64,000 nucleotides of DNA from Candidatus Eiseniibacteriota bacterium (lineage in GTDB: Bacteria; Eisenbacteria; RBG-16-71-46). Positions 20,006-31,054 of the stretch are shown in pieces. A model generated the notes under the pieces. The model worked only from the letters and a program-made list of their open reading frames with translations. It did no database searches and was not told the DNA's origin. The stretch's first letter is position 1. Each line of letters starts with the position of its first letter. The DNA lies in NCBI GenBank assembly GCA_044223005.1, contig JBGAML010000006.1:128001-192000 (forward strand), read 5' to 3'. The translations under genes and the position numbers were made by a program.

Positions 20006-22075
20006 GTGAACCTCCCGATGCTCTGGATCATCCCGGCGCTGCCGCTCGCCGCGGTCGCGCTGAACCTGCTGTTCGGGGACCGCCTCGGCAAGCAGGGCAC
20101 GTTCTGGCTCGCCTGCGGTGCGGTCGGGCTCGCGTTCCTCGCGGCGGTGCGGGCGGTGGTGACGCTCGCGGGCCTGCCGGTCGAGGAGCGCCACATCGTC
20201 GAGACCGCCTGGACGTGGATGCAGGTCGGCGACTTCAAGGCCGAGGTCTCGTTCCTGCTCGATCCGCTCTCGAGCATCATGGTGCTCGTGGTGACGGGCG
20301 TCGGGTTCCTGATCCACGTGTACTCCACCGGCTACATGGCGGACGACCCGTCGGTGCGGCGGTTCTTCCTCTACCTGAACCTCTTCATGTTCGCCATGCT
20401 CACGCTGGTGCTGGCGGACAACTTCCTGCTCATGTTCGTGGGCTGGGAGGGCGTCGGCCTCTGCTCGTACCTGCTGATCGGCTTCTGGTACGAAAAGCAG
20501 TCGGCCACCGACGCCGGCAAGAAGGCGTTCATCGTCAACCGCATCGGCGACTTCGGCTTCGTGCTCGGCCTGATGTTCGTGATCGCCTACACGGGCTCGG
20601 TCAACTACGAGCGCGTGTTCGCGGCGGCCCCGCACGTGTTCCCGGCCGCGACGGGCGGCCTGGGTGGCGCGCTCGCGGCGCTGTTCTCGGGCCACGGCCT
20701 GCCGGTGATCACCGTCGCCACGCTGCTGCTGTTCCTCGGCGCCACGGGCAAGAGCGCGCAGCTGCCGCTCTACGTCTGGCTGCCGGACGCCATGGAGGGC
20801 CCGACGCCGGTGTCCGCCCTCATCCACGCGGCGACGATGGTCACCGCGGGCGTCTACATGGTCGTGCGCAGCCACGTGCTGTTCCTGCTCTCGCCGCCCA
20901 GTATGGAGGTGGTCGCGATCATCGGCGCCGCCACCGCGCTCATGGCCGCGACGATCGGGCTCGCGCAGAACGACATCAAGCGCGTGCTGGCCTACTCCAC
21001 GGTCAGCCAGCTCGGCTACATGTTCTTCGCCTGCGGCGTGGGCGCTTTCGGCGCCGGCATCTTCCACGTGATGACGCACGCCTTCTTCAAGGCGCTGCTC
21101 TTCCTCGGCGCCGGCTCCGTGATCTACGGCATGCACCACGAGCAGGACATGCGCAAGATGGGCGGGCTCGCGTCCAAGATGCCCGTCACGCACATGACCA
21201 TGCTGGTCGCGACGATCGCGATCGCGGGCATCCCGCCGTTCGCCGGCTTCTTCAGCAAGGACGAGATCCTGCACATGGCGTTCGCGACCGGCCACTACGG
21301 CATCTGGATCGCGGGCGTGCTCGGCGCCGTGCTGACGGCGTTCTACATGTTCCGGCTCTACATCCTCACGTTCCGCGGCACGCCGCGCTTCGAGGAGCAC
21401 GCCGCCGATCAGCTGCACCACGGCCACGTGCAGGCCGAGCACGCGGCGCACGGCCACGACGCGCACGGCCACGGGCACGACGACCACGGTCACGACCACG
21501 GCCACGGCGGCCCCGTGAAGGAATCGCCCTGGAACATGACGCTGCCGCTTTCGGTGCTCGCCGTGCTGTCGGTGGTCGGCGGCTTCGTCGGCGTGCCCTT
21601 CCAGGAGGGCGGCCACGTGCTCGACCGCTGGCTGCGCCCGGTGATGGAGGGCGGCGTCGAGCCCGTGCACGTGAACGAGATGTCGCACGCGGGCGAGTGG
21701 GGCCTGATCGGCCTGTCGGTCGCGGTGGCGCTGTTCGGCATCGCGATGGCGTTCCGCTTCTACCTGCAGCAGCCCGCGATCGCGACGGGCCTGCAGCAGC
21801 GCTTCGCCGGCCTGCACCGCACCCTCGAGAACAAGTACTACGTCGACGAGTTCTACTGGGCCACGGTGGTGAACCCCATCCACCGCGCCTCGGTCGGCCT
21901 GTGGAAGTTCTGGGACGAGGTGGTCGTCGACGGCACCGTGAACGGTGTCGGCGCGGTCGCCGAGGTGGTCTCGAGCCTCCTGCGCATCTTCCAGACCGGT
22001 TACGTGGGCACCTACGCGCTGTTCCTGGCGGTCGGCGTGCTCGCCCTGCTCATTCATTTCCTCGTGAGGCCGTAA
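20006..22075 (+). CDS. nuoL: NADH-quinone oxidoreductase subunit L
   Basis: GWEGVGLCSYLLIGFW, KSAQLPL.VWLPDAMEGPTPVSALIHAATMV; His-rich insert. Confidence 0.98.
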   Translation: MNLPMLWIIPALPLAAVALNLLFGDRLGKQGTFWLACGAVGLAFLAAVRAVVTLAGLPVEERHIVETAWTWMQVGDFKAEVSFLLDPLSSIMVLVVTGVGFLIHVYSTGYMADDPSVRRFFLYLNLFMFAMLTLVLADNFLLMFVGWEGVGLCSYLLIGFWYEKQSATDAGKKAFIVNRIGDFGFVLGLMFVIAYTGSVNYERVFAAAPHVFPAATGGLGGALAALFSGHGLPVITVATLLLFLGATGKSAQLPLYVWLPDAMEGPTPVSALIHAATMVTAGVYMVVRSHVLFLLSPPSMEVVAIIGAATALMAATIGLAQNDIKRVLAYSTVSQLGYMFFACGVGAFGAGIFHVMTHAFFKALLFLGAGSVIYGMHHEQDMRKMGGLASKMPVTHMTMLVATIAIAGIPPFAGFFSKDEILHMAFATGHYGIWIAGVLGAVLTAFYMFRLYILTFRGTPRFEEHAADQLHHGHVQAEHAAHGHDAHGHGHDDHGHDHGHGGPVKESPWNMTLPLSVLAVLSVVGGFVGVPFQEGGHVLDRWLRPVMEGGVEPVHVNEMSHAGEWGLIGLSVAVALFGIAMAFRFYLQQPAIATGLQQRFAGLHRTLENKYYVDEFYWATVVNPIHRASVGLWKFWDEVVVDGTVNGVGAVAEVVSSLLRIFQTGYVGTYALFLAVGVLALLIHFLVRP

Positions 22076-23628
<1,553 letters not shown>

Positions 23629-23632
<4 letters not shown>

Positions 23633-25098
23633 ACGCGCTGCAGGTGTCCGGGCTGCTGCCCGTGGACTGGTGGGTGCTCGGGCCGTCGATCGCGCTCACG
23701 CTGGGCGCGATCCTGCTCATGCTCATGGAGCTCGTGCCGCCGCGCGAGAACGGCAACCGTGGCGGGATCGTCTCGCTGCTGACGCTCGGCGCGGCCGCGT
23801 GGTCGGTGCTGCGCGTGGCGCACGACAAGCGTGGGCTCTTCGACGGCATGTTCGTGCACGACCCGATGACGGTGTTCTTCACGCTGCTCTTCTGCGCCGT
23901 CGGCGTGCTGTCGGTGCTGAGCTCCTGGGATTACCTCAAGCGCACGAAGATCAACCAGGCCGAATACTACGTGCTGCTGCTCTGCAGCATCCTCGGCATG
24001 ATCGTGATGGCCGCATCCAACGACCTCATCACGATCTTCCTCGGCCTCGAGCTCATGTCGCTCTCGCTCTACGTGATGGTGGGCTTCCGCCGCGTGCGGC
24101 TCGAGTCCAACGAGGCGGCGCTCAAGTACTTCCTGCTCGGCGCGTTCGCGTCCGGGTTCCTGCTCTACGGCATCGCGCTGCTCTACGGCGCGACCGGGAC
24201 CACTTCGCTGCCGAAGATCGGCGCGTTCCTGACCGGGTCGCCGCTCGCGCACCAGCCGCTGGCGCTGCTGGGCGCCGTGCTCGTGTTCGTGGGCTTCGGT
24301 TTCAAGGTCGCGGCGGTGCCCTTCCACATGTGGACGCCGGACGCCTACGAGGGCGCGCCGACGTCGGTCACCGGCTTCATGTCGGCGGGCGCCAAGGCCG
24401 CCGGCTTCGCGGCCCTGCTGCGCGTGCTGCTCCGCGCCATGGGCCCCATGCCCGGCGACTGGACCACGCTGCTCGCCGTGCTCGCGTTCCTCACCATGAC
24501 CGTCGGCAACCTGACCGCGCTCGCGCAGCAGAACCTGAAGCGCATGCTCGCCTACTCGAGCATCGCGCACGCGGGCTACATCCTCGTGGCGCTCGCCGCC
24601 GGCGGCGAGGAGGGCGCGGCCGCCGCGGTGTTCTACCTCGCGGTCTACTCGTTCATGAACCTCGGCGCCTTCGCGGTGCTGACGCTGCTGGGCGAGGGCC
24701 GCGACGAGCGCGTGCTGCGCTCGGACCTGGCCGGCCTGGGCTTCCGCCAGCCGCTGCTCGGGCTCGCGATGACGATCTTCATGATCTCGCTGGGCGGCAT
24801 CCCGCCGACGGCGGGCTTCATGGGCAAGGTGGTCGTGTTCGGCGCCGCGCTGCGCCGCCCCGAGCTGCTCTGGCTCGTGATCGCCGGCGTGCTGAACAGC
24901 GTCGTGTCGGTCTACTACTACCTGCAGGTCACGGTCGCGATGTACATGAAGGCGCCCGAGGGCGAGGGCACGCACGTCTCGTGGGGGCCGGCCGCGGTGG
25001 TCGCGGTGCTGCTCTCGCTGGCCGCGACGCTCTACTTCGGCCTGCAGGCGCACGGCCTCTGGATGCAGGCGCAGGGCGCGATCCAGAACCTGCTCTAG
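23629..25098 (+). CDS. nuoN: NADH-quinone oxidoreductase subunit N
   Basis: EAALKYFLLG, FKVAAVPFHMWTPDAYEGAPT, KRMLAYSSIAHAGY. Confidence 0.98.
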
Positions 25099-25111
25099 CC
25101 GCGCGAGGCTT

Positions 25112-25148
25112 CGCGGGCCCGGCTCCGTCGCACGGAGCCGGGCCCGCG
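25112..25148. terminator. GC-rich hairpin between convergent nuoN and moeA
   Basis: Perfect 17-bp stem CGCGGGCCCGGCTCCGT / ACGGAGCCGGGCCCGCG. Confidence 0.75.
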
Positions 25149-25152
25149 CGTT

Positions 25153-26400
25153 TCAGGCCATCGCCCCCGGCAGGCGCAGCACCAGCGCCTCGGCGGTCTC
25201 GCCCGCGCGCAGCGCCTCCGCCTCGTGCGGCACCACGACCAGCGCGTGCGCGCGCGACTGCGGCGCCAGGTGGCCCGAGACCTGCGCGCCCGCCGCCGTG
25301 GCGACGAGGCCGCCGTCACGCCACGCGAGCTCGCAGCGCACGAAGTCCGTGCGCCCCGAGCGCGAGGCGAGGTCGTGCGCCATGCGCACCGGCACGCGCG
25401 GGCGGTCCACGTCGGCGAAGCCCTGCAGCCGCCGCAGCGCCGGGCGCACGAGCGCCTCGAACACGCACGCGACCGAGCCCGGGTTGCCGGGCAGGCCGAA
25501 GTAGACGCGGCCGCCCGGGCGTCCGAACGCCTGCGGCCGGCCCGGGCGCATCGCCACGCGGCCGAGCTCGATCCCACCGCGCGAGCGCAGCGCTTCCTTC
25601 ACCGGATCGAAGTCGCCGGCCGAGACGCCGCCGATCGTGAGCACCACGTCGGCGCGTTCCAGCGCGTCCTCGACCGCCGCGAGCACGCGCGCCGCGTCGT
25701 CGGGCAGGTGCGCCCCGATCGTCACCGTGGCGCCGGCTTCCTCGACCAGGCTCGCGAGCATGGGCAGGTTGCTGTCGCGGATCGCGCCGGGGCGCAGCGC
25801 GTCGCCGGGCGCCAGCAGTTCGTCGCCGGTCGAGAGCACCGCCACGCGCGGCTCGGGCCCCGCGAGCACCTCGGGATATCCGAGCGAGGCGAGCAGCGCG
25901 ATGTCGTGCGGCGAAAGCGCCCGGCCCGGCGACAGCACGAGCTTGCCCGGCGCCACGTCCGCGTCGGCCGCCCGGACGTGCTCGCCCGGGCGCGGCGGCT
26001 CGCCCGTGGTCATGGTCTCGCCGTCCGGGCCGCCGCCGCGCGTCCCGTGCTCGAACGGCACGATCGCGTCCGCGCCCGCGGGCAGCATCGCGCCCGTCAT
26101 GATGCGCATCGCCTCGCCGGGCTCGAGCGCGCGCGGCGGCACCGCACCGGCGGCGATCACCGCGACGACGGGCAGCGTGCGTGGCGCCCCCGGGCTCGCG
26201 CCCGCGAGATCGACGGTGCGCACCGCCCAGCCATCCATCGCCGAGTTGGCGAACGGGGGCAGCCCGTGGGGCGCGACGATCGGCTCGCGCAGCGCGCGGC
26301 CGCGGAGCGCCGCGAGCGGCGCGCGCACCGGCGCGAGCGGGGCGAGCCCGTCCAGCGCGCGGGCACGCGCCTGGGCGTAGGTCAGCTCGGGCGCCGTCAT
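25153..26400 (-). CDS. moeA: Molybdopterin molybdotransferase
   Basis: PPFANSAMDG.AV, IMTGA.LP.GADA, STGDEL, GGVSAGDFD, GLPGNP. Confidence 0.95.
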   Translation of the reverse strand: MTAPELTYAQARARALDGLAPLAPVRAPLAALRGRALREPIVAPHGLPPFANSAMDGWAVRTVDLAGASPGAPRTLPVVAVIAAGAVPPRALEPGEAMRIMTGAMLPAGADAIVPFEHGTRGGGPDGETMTTGEPPRPGEHVRAADADVAPGKLVLSPGRALSPHDIALLASLGYPEVLAGPEPRVAVLSTGDELLAPGDALRPGAIRDSNLPMLASLVEEAGATVTIGAHLPDDAARVLAAVEDALERADVVLTIGGVSAGDFDPVKEALRSRGGIELGRVAMRPGRPQAFGRPGGRVYFGLPGNPGSVACVFEALVRPALRRLQGFADVDRPRVPVRMAHDLASRSGRTDFVRCELAWRDGGLVATAAGAQVSGHLAPQSRAHALVVVPHEAEALRAGETAEALVLRLPGAMA

Positions 26401-26975
26401 CGGCGCCGGCGGGCCGCCGCGCGTCCGGGCGTCGCCGCCGGGGGCGTGGCGCGCGTGCGCCGCGGCTTCGCGGTGCCCGCGGGCTCGCGCGGCACGGCGC
26501 GGCCACGCGTCCACGTGCCGCTCTTGCCGCCGCGCTTCTCCCACAGGGCGATCTCGCCGATCACCATGCCGCGGTCGATCGCCTTCAGCATGTCGTAGAT
26601 GGTCAGCGCGGCCGCCGCGACGGCGGTCAGCGCCTCCATCTCGACGCCGGTGCGGCCGCGGGTGCGCACGCGCACCTCGATCGCCACCGCCGGTCCCGGC
26701 GGTTCGAGCTCGAACGCCACGTCCACTGCCTCGACCGGCACGGGGTGGGCGAGCGGGATCAGGTCGCTGGTGCGCTTGGCGGCCATCACGGCCGCGAGGT
26801 GCGCGGCGGCGAGCACGTTGCCCTTGGGGCCGCGGTCGGCGCCGAGTCGTTCGAGCGTCTCGCGGCGCATCCAGACATGGCCGCGGGCGACGGCCTCGCG
26901 AAGCGTGGTCTTCTTCGCGCTCACGTCCACCATGCGGACGCGCCCGCGGGCGTCGATGTGGGAGAGACGAGCCAT
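26397..26975 (-). CDS. moaC: Cyclic pyranopterin monophosphate synthase
   Basis: LSHID..G..RMVDVS.K, LIPL.HP, TGVEMEALT, TIYDMLKA.D, K.GGKSG. Confidence 0.95.
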   Translation of the reverse strand: MARLSHIDARGRVRMVDVSAKKTTLREAVARGHVWMRRETLERLGADRGPKGNVLAAAHLAAVMAAKRTSDLIPLAHPVPVEAVDVAFELEPPGPAVAIEVRVRTRGRTGVEMEALTAVAAAALTIYDMLKAIDRGMVIGEIALWEKRGGKSGTWTRGRAVPREPAGTAKPRRTRATPPAATPGRAAARRRR

Positions 26976-27031
26976 GCGCGCGAGGGTAGGAGCCCCCCGC
27001 GCGCGCGGTCAAACCGGTGGGTGCGGCCGGA

Positions 27032-27502
27032 TCAGCGGTGCGGCGTGGGCGCCGGGCTGTCGTCGTTCGCCGCCCGGCGGACGAGCCACGACGAGAGCAG
27101 CAGCGCGAAGCCGACGAACGCGGGGATCGCGCCCACGGCCCAGGCGTTGGAGTCGCCGGCGTCGGCCAGGAAGTAGAGCATCACGCCGATGCCGATGCCG
27201 GCGAAGAGCGTCACGATGCCGCCCGTCATGAGATCGCGGGCGCGCTTGAGCGTCGCCTGGCGCGGCGACATGTAAACCGTCGCCACGTCCTCGTCGCCGC
27301 CCGAGAGGTCCGGCAGCGGCGGCAGCTTGGTCGGGTCGATGCCGCGCTCGATGGCCGCGATCCGTTCGCGCTGGGCGAGCTCGATCAGGCGGTGGCGGCT
27401 GATCGTCCGGACGATGCCGGCCGTGATGCCGCCCGCGACCGCAACGATGGGGATGGCGAAGATCATCATCGGAATCAGGATGCCGCCGTCGAAGTCGAAC
27501 AT
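27032..27502 (-). CDS. DUF6249-like membrane protein
   Basis: AAGGAG RBS; TM helix, then ERIAAIERG, then two TM helices; divergent from the ECF sigma gene. Confidence 0.75.
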   Translation of the reverse strand: MFDFDGGILIPMMIFAIPIVAVAGGITAGIVRTISRHRLIELAQRERIAAIERGIDPTKLPPLPDLSGGDEDVATVYMSPRQATLKRARDLMTGGIVTLFAGIGIGVMLYFLADAGDSNAWAVGAIPAFVGFALLLSSWLVRRAANDDSPAPTPHR

Positions 27503-27570
27503 GTCCCGCTCCTTCTCGTTGCCGGCCGGCTTTACCGGCCGCGGCCTGTCTCGTCCTGCGTGGTTGCCCG

Positions 27571-27600
27571 TTGGACGGACGGATCGCCGGGCGGGTTTCA
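27571..27600 (-). promoter_or_regulatory. Putative ECF sigma promoter for the DUF6249 gene
   Basis: Minus strand reads TGAAACCC...CGTCCGTCCAA (TGAAAC / CGTC, SigW-like). Confidence 0.65.
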
Positions 27601-27645
27601 GGCCGGGATCGCGGACCGGTACAGTGGGCCCGGGAGGCGCCCCGT

Positions 27646-27676
27646 TGAAACCCCAGACCCCGGTTCGTCCGTCCAA
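27646..27676 (+). promoter_or_regulatory. Putative autoregulatory ECF sigma promoter
   Basis: TGAAACCC...CGTCCGTCCAA, 7 nt before the sigma start codon. Confidence 0.65.
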
Positions 27677-27683
27677 TGAGGTG

Positions 27684-28289
27684 ATGCCCGAGCCGGCCGC
27701 ACACCCGGCGGCGGCCACGCCGCCCGATTCGACGGCCCGGCAGGAGGCCGCCGCCCGCGAGCTCGTGGAGCGGGCGCGGCATCGCGACGAGGAGGCCTTC
27801 CGTATGCTGGTGGAGCTGCACCGGGACCGCGCCTACGGGCTCGCCCTCCGCATCACGCGCTCGCGCGCGGACGCCGAGGACGTGGCCCAGGAGGCGTTCG
27901 TGCGCGCGTGGGAGGCGCTACCGGGCTTCCGCGGCGAATCCACGTTCGGGACCTGGCTGCACCGGATCGTCGCCCGCCGCGCGCTCGACCGCGTCGACTC
28001 GCTGCGCCGCCGCCAGCGGCGCGAGCTCGACCTGGACGATGCCGCCGCCGAACCGGCGCCCGCGCCGGCGGCACGCGACCCGCTCCTCGCCGCGCGGCTG
28101 GAACGGCTGGTCGGGGATTTGAGCGCGCCGCAGCGCGCGGTGGTCTCGCTCTTCTACGGCCAGGACCAGCCGGTCGAGGCGATCGCCGCGACGCTCGGGC
28201 TGCCCGAGAACACGGTGAAGACCCACCTCGCGCGCGCCCGCGCGGCGCTGCGCGAAGCCTGGCTCGCCGGCGACGGGGAGACGACGTGA
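27684..28289 (+). CDS. ECF RNA polymerase sigma factor
   Basis: DAEDVAQEAFVRAW...F.TWL.RI (region 2); IA..LGLPENTVKTHL.RAR (region 4). Confidence 0.93.
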   Translation: MPEPAAHPAAATPPDSTARQEAAARELVERARHRDEEAFRMLVELHRDRAYGLALRITRSRADAEDVAQEAFVRAWEALPGFRGESTFGTWLHRIVARRALDRVDSLRRRQRRELDLDDAAAEPAPAPAARDPLLAARLERLVGDLSAPQRAVVSLFYGQDQPVEAIAATLGLPENTVKTHLARARAALREAWLAGDGETT

Positions 28290-28876
28290 TGCACGACTGC
28301 ACGGCGTTCGAGCGCTGGCTGGACGACGGCCGGCCCGCCCTGCAGGCGGAGGCCGCGCACGCGCACGCCTCCGGCTGCGCGCGCTGCGCATCGCTGCTCG
28401 TGCTCGAGGACGCGCTCGCCGCGCCGTTCGCGGCGCCGGCGCCGCGCGGTTTCGCCGACGCGGTGATGCTCCGTGTCCGCGACGCCGAGCATCGCCGCGC
28501 GATCGCGCGCGCGCGGATCGAGGCGCCCGCCCCGTGGTGGGTGAGCGCGCCCGCCGAGCCCGCCGCCGCGCTCGCGCTCGTCGGTGCGTCGCTGCTGCTC
28601 TGGCGCGCCGCCGACGTCTGGCGCGGCGCCGTCGCGCTGGCGGGCACGTGTTCCGCGTGGGCGGCCGGTGCCGGGTTCACCGGCCTCACCGCCGCGCTCG
28701 GCGGGGCGTTCGCCCCGGCGCGGGCGCTCGGCGCGACCGCGCAGTCGACGCTGCTGTTCGTCGCCGGCACGGCGACGCTCGCCGCCGCGTGGGGGCTCTA
28801 CGCCGCCGCGGACCGGGTCGTCGCGCGGGCCAGCGGGTTCGTGCGCGGCGCCGGCACGCCCGCCACGCGGCGTTGA
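28289..28876 (+). CDS. Zinc-binding membrane anti-sigma factor
   Basis: HASGCARC (HxxxCxxC) ZAS motif followed by TM segments; translationally coupled to the sigma gene. Confidence 0.75.
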   Translation: MHDCTAFERWLDDGRPALQAEAAHAHASGCARCASLLVLEDALAAPFAAPAPRGFADAVMLRVRDAEHRRAIARARIEAPAPWWVSAPAEPAAALALVGASLLLWRAADVWRGAVALAGTCSAWAAGAGFTGLTAALGGAFAPARALGATAQSTLLFVAGTATLAAAWGLYAAADRVVARASGFVRGAGTPATRR

Positions 28877-28934
28877 CACCCCGCGCCGCGAGCCCGTACC
28901 GTCCCCGGACTCCCATGCCAGCACCGCACGCGTC

Positions 28935-29789
28935 ATGAGCCCGCACCGTCGGCTCCCCGTCTCCTCGCGCCACGCCTTCGCGCTCGCGTTCGACCTCGCG
29001 GTGCGCCGCGACTGGTTCCACTCGCTGCTGGTGCCGTTCCTGCTGCGGATGCCGTGGATCCTCGTGCCCGCGCTCGTGCCGTTCGTGGTGCGCGACATCC
29101 TGCCGTCGCAGCTCGCGCTCGTGCAGGCGATCGGACTGCTCTTCGACTTCGTCGCGATGGTCGTCGTGACCTCGATGCTGCGGTTCCGCGCGTTCGACAA
29201 CTTCGAGCGCCCCGCGCACGAGCCGCTGGGGCCCATCGGTCCGTGCTACGCGCGCGGCCTGCAGCGCGTGCCTGCGCTCTACCTCGCCGAGGTCCTGCGC
29301 AACGTGCTCTTCGGCATTTCGTTCAGCATGCTCTTCCTGCCGTTCCTCTACCTGGCGTTCAAGCTGTCGTTCGCGACCGAGGTGGTGGTGCTGCGGCAGG
29401 AGGGACCCATCAGCGGCTTCACGCGCTCGTTCAAGCTGACGGAGGGCCGGTTCGAGCGCTGGCTCGAGATGATCGTGCTCTCGGTCCTGCTGATCGTGCC
29501 GCTCTGGTTCCTGATGGCCGTCTGCTTCCTGCTCGTGCCCGCGAGCAGCTGGAGCACGTGGGTCGCGCTGGGCTTCCTGCTCACCGCCGCCGTGCTCCCG
29601 ATCGTCCAGTACGCGTGGACGTTCTTCTACCTGCGCCTCGAGCAGAGCGTCGCGGCCGACGAAGCGGGTTCGGCCGTCGTGACGCCGCTCACCGGCGCCG
29701 CGTCCGGCTGGCACGGCGCCAAGGCGCCCCGGCTGCGGCTGGTCGAAGTCCAGCGCGCGGACGACGATCCCGACTCGCCCCAGGGCTGA
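28935..29789 (+). CDS. Integral membrane protein (about 6 TM, YciC/GPDPase-membrane-like)
   Basis: Multiple hydrophobic helices; G....F.RSF.LT.GR motif; TTGACA-18-TACCGT promoter at 28873-28902. Confidence 0.7.
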   Translation: MSPHRRLPVSSRHAFALAFDLAVRRDWFHSLLVPFLLRMPWILVPALVPFVVRDILPSQLALVQAIGLLFDFVAMVVVTSMLRFRAFDNFERPAHEPLGPIGPCYARGLQRVPALYLAEVLRNVLFGISFSMLFLPFLYLAFKLSFATEVVVLRQEGPISGFTRSFKLTEGRFERWLEMIVLSVLLIVPLWFLMAVCFLLVPASSWSTWVALGFLLTAAVLPIVQYAWTFFYLRLEQSVAADEAGSAVVTPLTGAASGWHGAKAPRLRLVEVQRADDDPDSPQG

Positions 29790-29961
29790 GCGCGGGAAGC
29801 CATTCCGCCGCCGCGGGTTCCGCCGCTGGCTGGCGAAGGGGGCGACGGTTGTGCCATCTTGAAACGCCCCGGCGCAACTCCTGCGCGGGGGCGCTCCGGC
29901 ACCCATCGGTCGGCCGGGGTGTTGCAGATCCGGACGATCCGCCGAAGGACCCCCGAATCCC

Positions 29962-31053
29962 GTGAGCACGCGAACCGAACGCCATCCCGCCCCGGCCGCC
30001 GTCGCCGACGGCGATCTCTCGATGCGCCCCATCCTGGGCGCGAGCCAGCGCATGCAGCGGCTGCTGCGGCTCGTGCAGCGCGTCGCCCCGACCGACAGCA
30101 CGGTGCTGATCCTCGGCGAGAGCGGCACCGGCAAGGAGCTCGTCGCACGCTCGCTCCACCTGCTCTCGCGCCGCTCGCGCGGGCCGTTCGTGCCCGTCAA
30201 CGTCGGCGCGCTGCCCGAGGCGCTGGTCGAGAGCGAGCTGTTCGGCTACGCGCGTGGCGCGTTCACCAACGCCACCGGCGAACGCGCGGGGCTGGTCGAG
30301 GAAGCCGACCACGGCACGCTGTTCCTCGACGAGATCGGCGACATGCCGCTGCCCGCGCAGGTGAAGCTCCTGCGCACGCTCGAGAACGGCGAGGTGCGCC
30401 GGCTCGGCGAGAACTCGGCGCGGATCGTGGACGTGCGCGTGCTCGCGGCCACGCACCGCGACCTGCTCGCGCTCGTCGCGCAGGGACGGTTCCGCGAAGA
30501 CCTCTACTACCGGCTCAACGTGGTGCAGCTCGAACTGCCGCCGCTGCGCGACCGGCGCGAGGACATCGGCCTGCTCGCGTCGTGGTTCATGGACCGCACG
30601 GCGCGCAAGCAGGGCCGCACGCCGCTGGAGTTCTCGCCCGAGGCGATGGCGCTGCTCGAGAAGTACGACTACCCGGGCAACGTGCGCGAGCTCGAGAACG
30701 CGATCGAGCACGCGGTGACGCTGGCCGAGGGCGACGTCGTGGGCCCGGCCGACCTGCCGGCGGCGATCCGCTCGCCGCGGCTGCTGCCGCGCAACGTCGA
30801 CGAGCCCGGCGCGCCGGCCGGTGCGGGTGCCGCGGCCGCCGCCGCCGCGGTCGCGCGCGCGCTCGCCGAGGCGGAGGCCGCGCGCGACGAGCGTTCGCTC
30901 GAGGACGTGACGCGCGAACACGTGCTGCGCGTGCTCGAACGCCACCGCGGCAACGCGACCGCGGCCGCGAAGCAGCTGGGACTCTCGCGCACGACGCTCT
31001 GGCGCATGCTCAAGCGCTGGGGCGTGGAGCGCGCCGCGAGCGGGGGAGCGTGA
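29962..31053 (+). CDS. Sigma54-dependent activator (AAA+ and Fis HTH) without an N-terminal sensor domain
   Basis: [55 protein letters not shown]. Confidence 0.92.
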   Translation: MSTRTERHPAPAAVADGDLSMRPILGASQRMQRLLRLVQRVAPTDSTVLILGESGTGKELVARSLHLLSRRSRGPFVPVNVGALPEALVESELFGYARGAFTNATGERAGLVEEADHGTLFLDEIGDMPLPAQVKLLRTLENGEVRRLGENSARIVDVRVLAATHRDLLALVAQGRFREDLYYRLNVVQLELPPLRDRREDIGLLASWFMDRTARKQGRTPLEFSPEAMALLEKYDYPGNVRELENAIEHAVTLAEGDVVGPADLPAAIRSPRLLPRNVDEPGAPAGAGAAAAAAAVARALAEAEAARDERSLEDVTREHVLRVLERHRGNATAAAKQLGLSRTTLWRMLKRWGVERAASGGA

Positions 31054-31054
31054 C

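Noticed and set aside
25153..26975. moeA/moaC next to nuo, hinting that NuoG binds a molybdenum cofactor
   Set aside because: The genes are convergent and separated by a hairpin; NuoG's molybdopterin-like fold normally carries no cofactor and I see no supporting ligand motif.
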